The translations under genes were made by a program, and so were the position numbers. Below, piece by piece: positions 16,428 to 20,000 of a DNA stretch of 20,000 nt. Numbering within the stretch: the stretch's first letter is position 1; every line of letters starts with the position of its first letter. The stretch is from an uncultured virus (IMG/VR IMGVR_UViG_3300037189_006336) (taxonomy: Duplodnaviria; Heunggongvirae; Uroviricota; Caudoviricetes), in IMG/VR virus record IMGVR_UViG_3300037189_006336, positions 53,101 to 73,100 of that record; one strand, 5' to 3'. The notes beneath the pieces were generated by a model that ran no database searches, was not told the DNA's origin, and saw only the letters and a list, made by a program, of their open reading frames with translations.

Positions 16428-17138
16428 TTAATACCAATTAATTTGAAACTCTGAACCATTCATGTTTTTAATAAGTCTATTGGTTTCGTTAAATATATTA
16501 TTACAATCCCAATCTTTACCAGTGTATCCAGCTGATGCAGGATGATTAGCTTTAAGAACATGATGTTGAGGTCCTATTATTTGCTCAAGTTCTTGAGCTT
16601 TTTTACCTAACAAAATAAAAATTAAACCCGCGTTAGTAAGATTTAACATATCTATAGTGTACATTACAAAATCATTCCATATTCCGTAATGTGTTCCTGG
16701 TTTATCTATCTGACAAGTAAGTGCGCTATTTAATAATAACACACCTTGATTAGCCCAACGCTTTAAATCAGGATCTTGATAAACAGGAAAACCTTGAGCC
16801 ACTGTCCTTTCGATTTCTTTAAAGATTTCTTTAAGACTCGGTTGTGGTTTCATAGATATACCACAAGAGAATCCTATACCATCAGCCACTTCAATTTGAA
16901 AATATGGATCTTGCCCAATGATTACAACTTTTAGATTATCTAATGGACATTCTTCAAACGCTCTAAATACACGTTTGAGAGGAGGTGTAAATCTTTTCCC
17001 TTCTTCTCTGAGATCATAAAGTTGTTTAATAATACTATCAAACTCACTACTTTGAATAAATCCTTTTAGTTTAATAGCCCAACCTGTAGGTTTAAGCTTT
17101 TCTATAAGTTTTTCTTTTATTTCATCGAGATCTATCAT
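16428..17138 (-). CDS. ung: Uracil-DNA glycosylase, family 1
   Basis: KVVIIGQDPY, ADGIGFS, PSL, WANQGVLLLN and HPAS. Confidence 0.95.
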   Translation of the reverse strand: MIDLDEIKEKLIEKLKPTGWAIKLKGFIQSSEFDSIIKQLYDLREEGKRFTPPLKRVFRAFEECPLDNLKVVIIGQDPYFQIEVADGIGFSCGISMKPQPSLKEIFKEIERTVAQGFPVYQDPDLKRWANQGVLLLNSALTCQIDKPGTHYGIWNDFVMYTIDMLNLTNAGLIFILLGKKAQELEQIIGPQHHVLKANHPASAGYTGKDWDCNNIFNETNRLIKNMNGSEFQINWY

Positions 17139-17145
17139 ATATTTG
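17138..17145 (+). promoter_or_regulatory. Bacteroidota -7 promoter element for the lone plus-strand gene
   Basis: TATATTTG 14 nt before the ATG at 17160; no clear -33 TTTG. Confidence 0.55.
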
Positions 17146-17159
17146 TAAAAATTATTTAT

Positions 17160-17465
17160 ATGTCAAATGTAACAATGATTAAAAAAGACGCTAAGGTTAC
17201 TATTACTATTGGCGCTGGATTTATAGGTGAATTACAAAAACTTTTAATAAGTTTTTCTGCTGATAAATCAACAGAAGAAATAGAAGAGTTTAAAAAACTA
17301 GCTGAATCTGGAAAAACACCTACAAAACCTTGGATGAATAATGTTATTGTAATAGCAGCTCTTTTAAAAGAGATTGAAATAGAAGCTATGAAACAAAATC
17401 AGACGTTTAAAGAAGATGATTCTGTTATCCAAGAGGACAATTTATCTCAGTTCCTAAATTTATAA
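17160..17465 (+). CDS. Hypothetical protein, isolated on the opposite strand
   Basis: 101-aa ORF filling the gap between ung and the NinB-like gene, with its own promoter element. Confidence 0.75.
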   Translation: MSNVTMIKKDAKVTITIGAGFIGELQKLLISFSADKSTEEIEEFKKLAESGKTPTKPWMNNVIVIAALLKEIEIEAMKQNQTFKEDDSVIQEDNLSQFLNL

Positions 17466-17820
17466 TAGCTTGTATAGCTAGAGCTAGTTCTTCTTTAGAA
17501 CACTCACCAAAGCTCTTTACGAGGAAGTATTCTTTACCGGATACTTCCCGCGCTATACAAAGTCCCGCTTTATCTTTAACCATCACCTTTAAATCTTCTA
17601 CAAGAATACCGGTGTGTAAAGACAACGTTTTTAACATAGCGTGTATCTTAGCTAACTGAGGAAGTGTACCATCATCATGTGTAGCTTCAAAAAAAAACTC
17701 AATAATCTGACCCTCTTCTACTTTAGATAAGAATAATTCAAATTGTTTAGAAAGAGCTAAAGTAGAATACTTTAGCTTTCCTTCTTTCTTTATCATTTTT
17801 CCATTAAAATGTCCTGTCAT
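17425..17820 (-). CDS. NinB/Orf-like recombination accessory protein (tentative)
   Basis: Pattern TLPQLAKIHAML...TG...EDLKVMVK...KSFGECSKEELALAIQAI resembles the NinB/DUF1367 architecture. Confidence 0.5.
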   Translation of the reverse strand: MTGHFNGKMIKKEGKLKYSTLALSKQFELFLSKVEEGQIIEFFFEATHDDGTLPQLAKIHAMLKTLSLHTGILVEDLKVMVKDKAGLCIAREVSGKEYFLVKSFGECSKEELALAIQAIINLGTEINCPLG

Positions 17821-18920
17821 AGATTAAAATACTTTATTTTACTTTGATCAAAGTCTTTCAGCGCTTCTTTTACCCATATCTCATCTACAGTATTTTTATA
17901 ACATAATATGTGTATAATAGCTGTTTCTTTTGGATTAAGTCTGAGGGCGCGCCCCAGTCGTTGTGAAACTTTACGTTCATTACCATAAGCGTGTAATATA
18001 ATACATACACTAAGATTAGGAATATTAACACCTTCGCTTATTTGTAACACACAAGAAGCTTGTTGTATATCTCCTCTTTTAAACTTATCTAGATTATCTT
18101 GACTATCTGGATTATTAGAATGAATAGAGTGAGAACACATCTCATCAGCTTGTTCTTGTGTATTACAGAATATAAGACACTTTTCATCTATATGAAGAGC
18201 TAACTTTTTAGCGTATCTTGCTTTAGACGGCATATTCATCAGACTCTTCATACGCATCACTGACGCTATCTGTTTGTCTTTTTTACCTACAGCTTCATCA
18301 ACTCGATTTGTCCAGTAGTTGTAGTCATCTATTTCAGATTTATAAAAGCTTCCACCATTTTTAGTATTCACTTTTATTGTTTTATCAAAAGACAATGATA
18401 GATTGTGTACTATGATTCTATAATCATTAAGTATTTCATCTTCTACAGCGTTATCTGTTATATAAATAAACTTTACTGGACATACACTAGTAATCATCTT
18501 ACTCTTTTCACTGTTAGGATATCTTGGCGGAGTACCTGTTAATCCTAATGTTCTTCCTGTATAGAAGCTAAGAAATCCTAAATGTGAATATAACAAGTTA
18601 TGTACTTCATCAAAGATTACAATACTGTAATCATTAGGATTCTTTTTATTAAGAGATATATAAGTGACATACTCTACAAGATCCATTACAGGTTTGTGTA
18701 TATTATGCTTTATAGCTTCATCTTTCCAAGTAGTAAATATAGACTTCTTAGGGCCTACTATTAACACTTTCTTTTTAATTTTTCCTTCAAGATAAAACTT
18801 TTGTAAATAACGTAATCCTATAAGTGTCTTACCAACCCCCATTGATACAGCCAATGTTACACGAGGATTATTTATCGCTATCTGTAAAGCGTCATCTTGG
18901 ATTTGTTGTCGTTTATCCAT
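17817..18920 (-). CDS. Superfamily 2 DExH helicase (ResIII/UvsW-like)
   Basis: Q motif RQQIQ, SMGVGKT, DEVH, LTGT, EGVNIP and QRLGRALR. Confidence 0.92.
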   Translation of the reverse strand: MDKRQQIQDDALQIAINNPRVTLAVSMGVGKTLIGLRYLQKFYLEGKIKKKVLIVGPKKSIFTTWKDEAIKHNIHKPVMDLVEYVTYISLNKKNPNDYSIVIFDEVHNLLYSHLGFLSFYTGRTLGLTGTPPRYPNSEKSKMITSVCPVKFIYITDNAVEDEILNDYRIIVHNLSLSFDKTIKVNTKNGGSFYKSEIDDYNYWTNRVDEAVGKKDKQIASVMRMKSLMNMPSKARYAKKLALHIDEKCLIFCNTQEQADEMCSHSIHSNNPDSQDNLDKFKRGDIQQASCVLQISEGVNIPNLSVCIILHAYGNERKVSQRLGRALRLNPKETAIIHILCYKNTVDEIWVKEALKDFDQSKIKYFNL

Positions 18921-18923
18921 ATT

Positions 18924-18951
18924 AAAAAAATTAGCTGTTCTGGTACAGCTA
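18924..18951 (-). terminator. Terminator-like hairpin immediately before the helicase start
   Basis: Minus strand TAGCTGT-ACCAGA-ACAGCTA-A-TTTTTTT, then AAT-ATG. Confidence 0.6.
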
Positions 18952-19099
18952 GACCCCCCTGATCATCTTATTACTGAGACTAGTCAAAACAACTCAGTTA
19001 TGTTGCAAGTAAATATCAGATGAACTATGTCTAAACCAACCACGAGGCCATGGTACAAGGTAAAATGCTGCAAACTTCTGAGCGTGGCTAATATGTTTA
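18924..19099 (-). ncRNA. Candidate structured non-coding RNA or leader element
   Basis: About 42% GC over 18931-19090 by hand count, no credible ORF, several nested stems and a terminal hairpin followed by T7. Confidence 0.5.
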
Positions 19100-19324
19100 T
19101 TAATCTTCAGGTATTTTACTTTGTATAATAATAGATATAAAAAATAACATTATTAAACTCAATAATACCCATAAAAAAATAATTTTTATACTACTGATTA
19201 TATAAAATAATTGAATCAATAGTTTGTAAGATATGTAAATTAGTAGTAAAATTGATATTAGACAAAAAAACAGAAAAGAAAATGTCATTATAACATTACA
19301 TATTAGATTTAGAATCTTTTTCAT
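19100..19324 (-). CDS. Small two-TM membrane protein
   Basis: Likely ATG at 19324 (MKKILNLICNV...); almost entirely hydrophobic. Confidence 0.6.
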   Translation of the reverse strand: MKKILNLICNVIMTFSFLFFCLISILLLIYISYKLLIQLFYIISSIKIIFLWVLLSLIMLFFISIIIQSKIPED

Positions 19325-19334
19325 AATTAATAGT

Positions 19335-19469
19335 TTAGTTAAACCATTTTTGTGTGTATTTACCACAAAGACAAACCCAACCATCAGTTGTAGCTGTAAG
19401 TATACCTTCGTTTTTGTTAGTGTATTCTACAGTTTCTCCTTCACTACGTTTTAACGTGGCCGCGTTTCG
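19335..19469 (-). pseudogene. Start-less gene remnant with a WVCxCG motif
   Basis: Open frame RNAATLKRSEGETVEYTNKNEGILTATTDGWVCLCGKYTQKWFN* preceded by in-frame TAG AGA TAT TGA TAG, with no ATG. Confidence 0.45.
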
Positions 19470-19512
19470 CTATCAATATCTCTACCAAATAACCAACGCT
19501 CTAGGAGTGATT

Positions 19513-19728
19513 CTATTTGTGATAGTGTTTCTTGTTGTCCCATAATTTCCATCTATTTTTAATTGACTGCCTTTGTTTTCTGTTAAGATGAATTTGTTTT
19601 AAATCTGTACGGTAAAGTCTAGTGTGTACGTCATAATACCATATTTGACCATTTATCACTAGTTTGAGCCGTTGTATAAGAAAAAAACATTTTACATCAC
19701 TATAACTCCACGTTCTTATTTTTCCCAT
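19513..19728 (-). CDS. Small basic hypothetical protein
   Basis: 71-aa ORF overlapping the upstream gene's stop. Confidence 0.55.
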   Translation of the reverse strand: MGKIRTWSYSDVKCFFLIQRLKLVINGQIWYYDVHTRLYRTDLKQIHLNRKQRQSIKNRWKLWDNKKHYHK

Positions 19729-20000
19729 TTTACTTCAATTTCTTTGTTACAAAATAGTCTGATTAATTGCTGTAGTTGGTGAAGGTATTTAATAGTACAA
19801 CGTTCATCATAATAAAATCCATTATCTCTCTCCCACAAAACTATATCATCAGTAATATAATAGCCACCAGTACCGACTTTTACTACTCCCTCTATCCTAT
19901 CCATTATTTCAGTAGTTAGTTTGATGTGTTTAATATTAGCAAATGCAGGATTAACATCTAAGGTAAGTAGTGTAATTGGACTAACTTTAAATTCAACATC
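19716..20000 (-). CDS. Hypothetical Bacteroidota-phage protein (5' end outside the window)
   Basis: The frame of ORF 19716..19904 stays open to position 20000 (DVEFKVSP...IKLTTEIMDRIEG). C-terminal YLHQLQQLIRLFCNKEI resembles a common small-protein motif of Bacteroidota phages (from memory). Confidence 0.75.
   Translation of the reverse strand, partial: DVEFKVSPITLLTLDVNPAFANIKHIKLTTEIMDRIEGVVKVGTGGYYITDDIVLWERDNGFYYDERCTIKYLHQLQQLIRLFCNKEIEVKWEK

Noticed and set aside
18940..19040. Twister- or hammerhead-like reading of the structured element
   Set aside because: The P1 and G-run layout is superficially twister-like, but the CC/AAGC loop needed for the pseudoknots is absent, as is the hammerhead CUGANGA/GAAA core.
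18921..19099. Retron msr/msd or tRNA interpretation
   Set aside because: No reverse transcriptase in the window and no cloverleaf or T-loop motif.
19354..19545. Plus-strand 63-aa ORF
   Set aside because: Opposite to local gene orientation, non-ATG start, and overlaps more protein-like minus-strand frames.
1..20000. Stop-codon reassignment as seen in some crAss-like phages
   Set aside because: All major genes read through intact in the standard code and TAA dominates as stop. The one interrupted frame contains both TAG and TGA.
1..20000. CRISPR array, integrase, IS element, intron or intein
   Set aside because: No spaced direct repeats, no recombinase or transposase motifs, and no large insertions in the polymerase or helicases were seen.

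Overview
AT-rich (roughly 30% GC by eye) segment of a tailed dsDNA phage genome that most likely infects Bacteroidota. Two exact Bacteroidota TTTG-N19-TAnnTTTG promoters are present, starts are A-rich without Shine-Dalgarno sequences, and the gene content resembles crAss-like or related phages. Positions 1-9439 (minus) hold a replication/recombination module: family B DNA polymerase (partial, absent from the ORF track), PD-(D/E)XK exonuclease, HNH nuclease, an atypical primase, a putative SSB, a Sak4-like ATPase, a DnaB-like helicase and a stand-alone DnaA domain IV protein. Positions 9523-12940 (plus) are a divergent late/lysis island: an Ig-like domain protein, holin and spanin candidates, DUF1003, a GH108 endolysin and a 39-aa basic peptide. 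Positions 12976-20000 (mostly minus) carry a MoxR/RavA AAA+ and VWA pair, uracil-DNA glycosylase, a NinB-like protein, an SF2 helicase and small early-type genes. The strongest candidates for something undescribed are a ~175-nt GC-enriched, multi-stem non-coding element ending in a terminator-like hairpin directly on the helicase start, the phage RavA/ViaA-like pair, and the unusual lysis cassette. All assignments come from motif recognition by eye; no searches were run.
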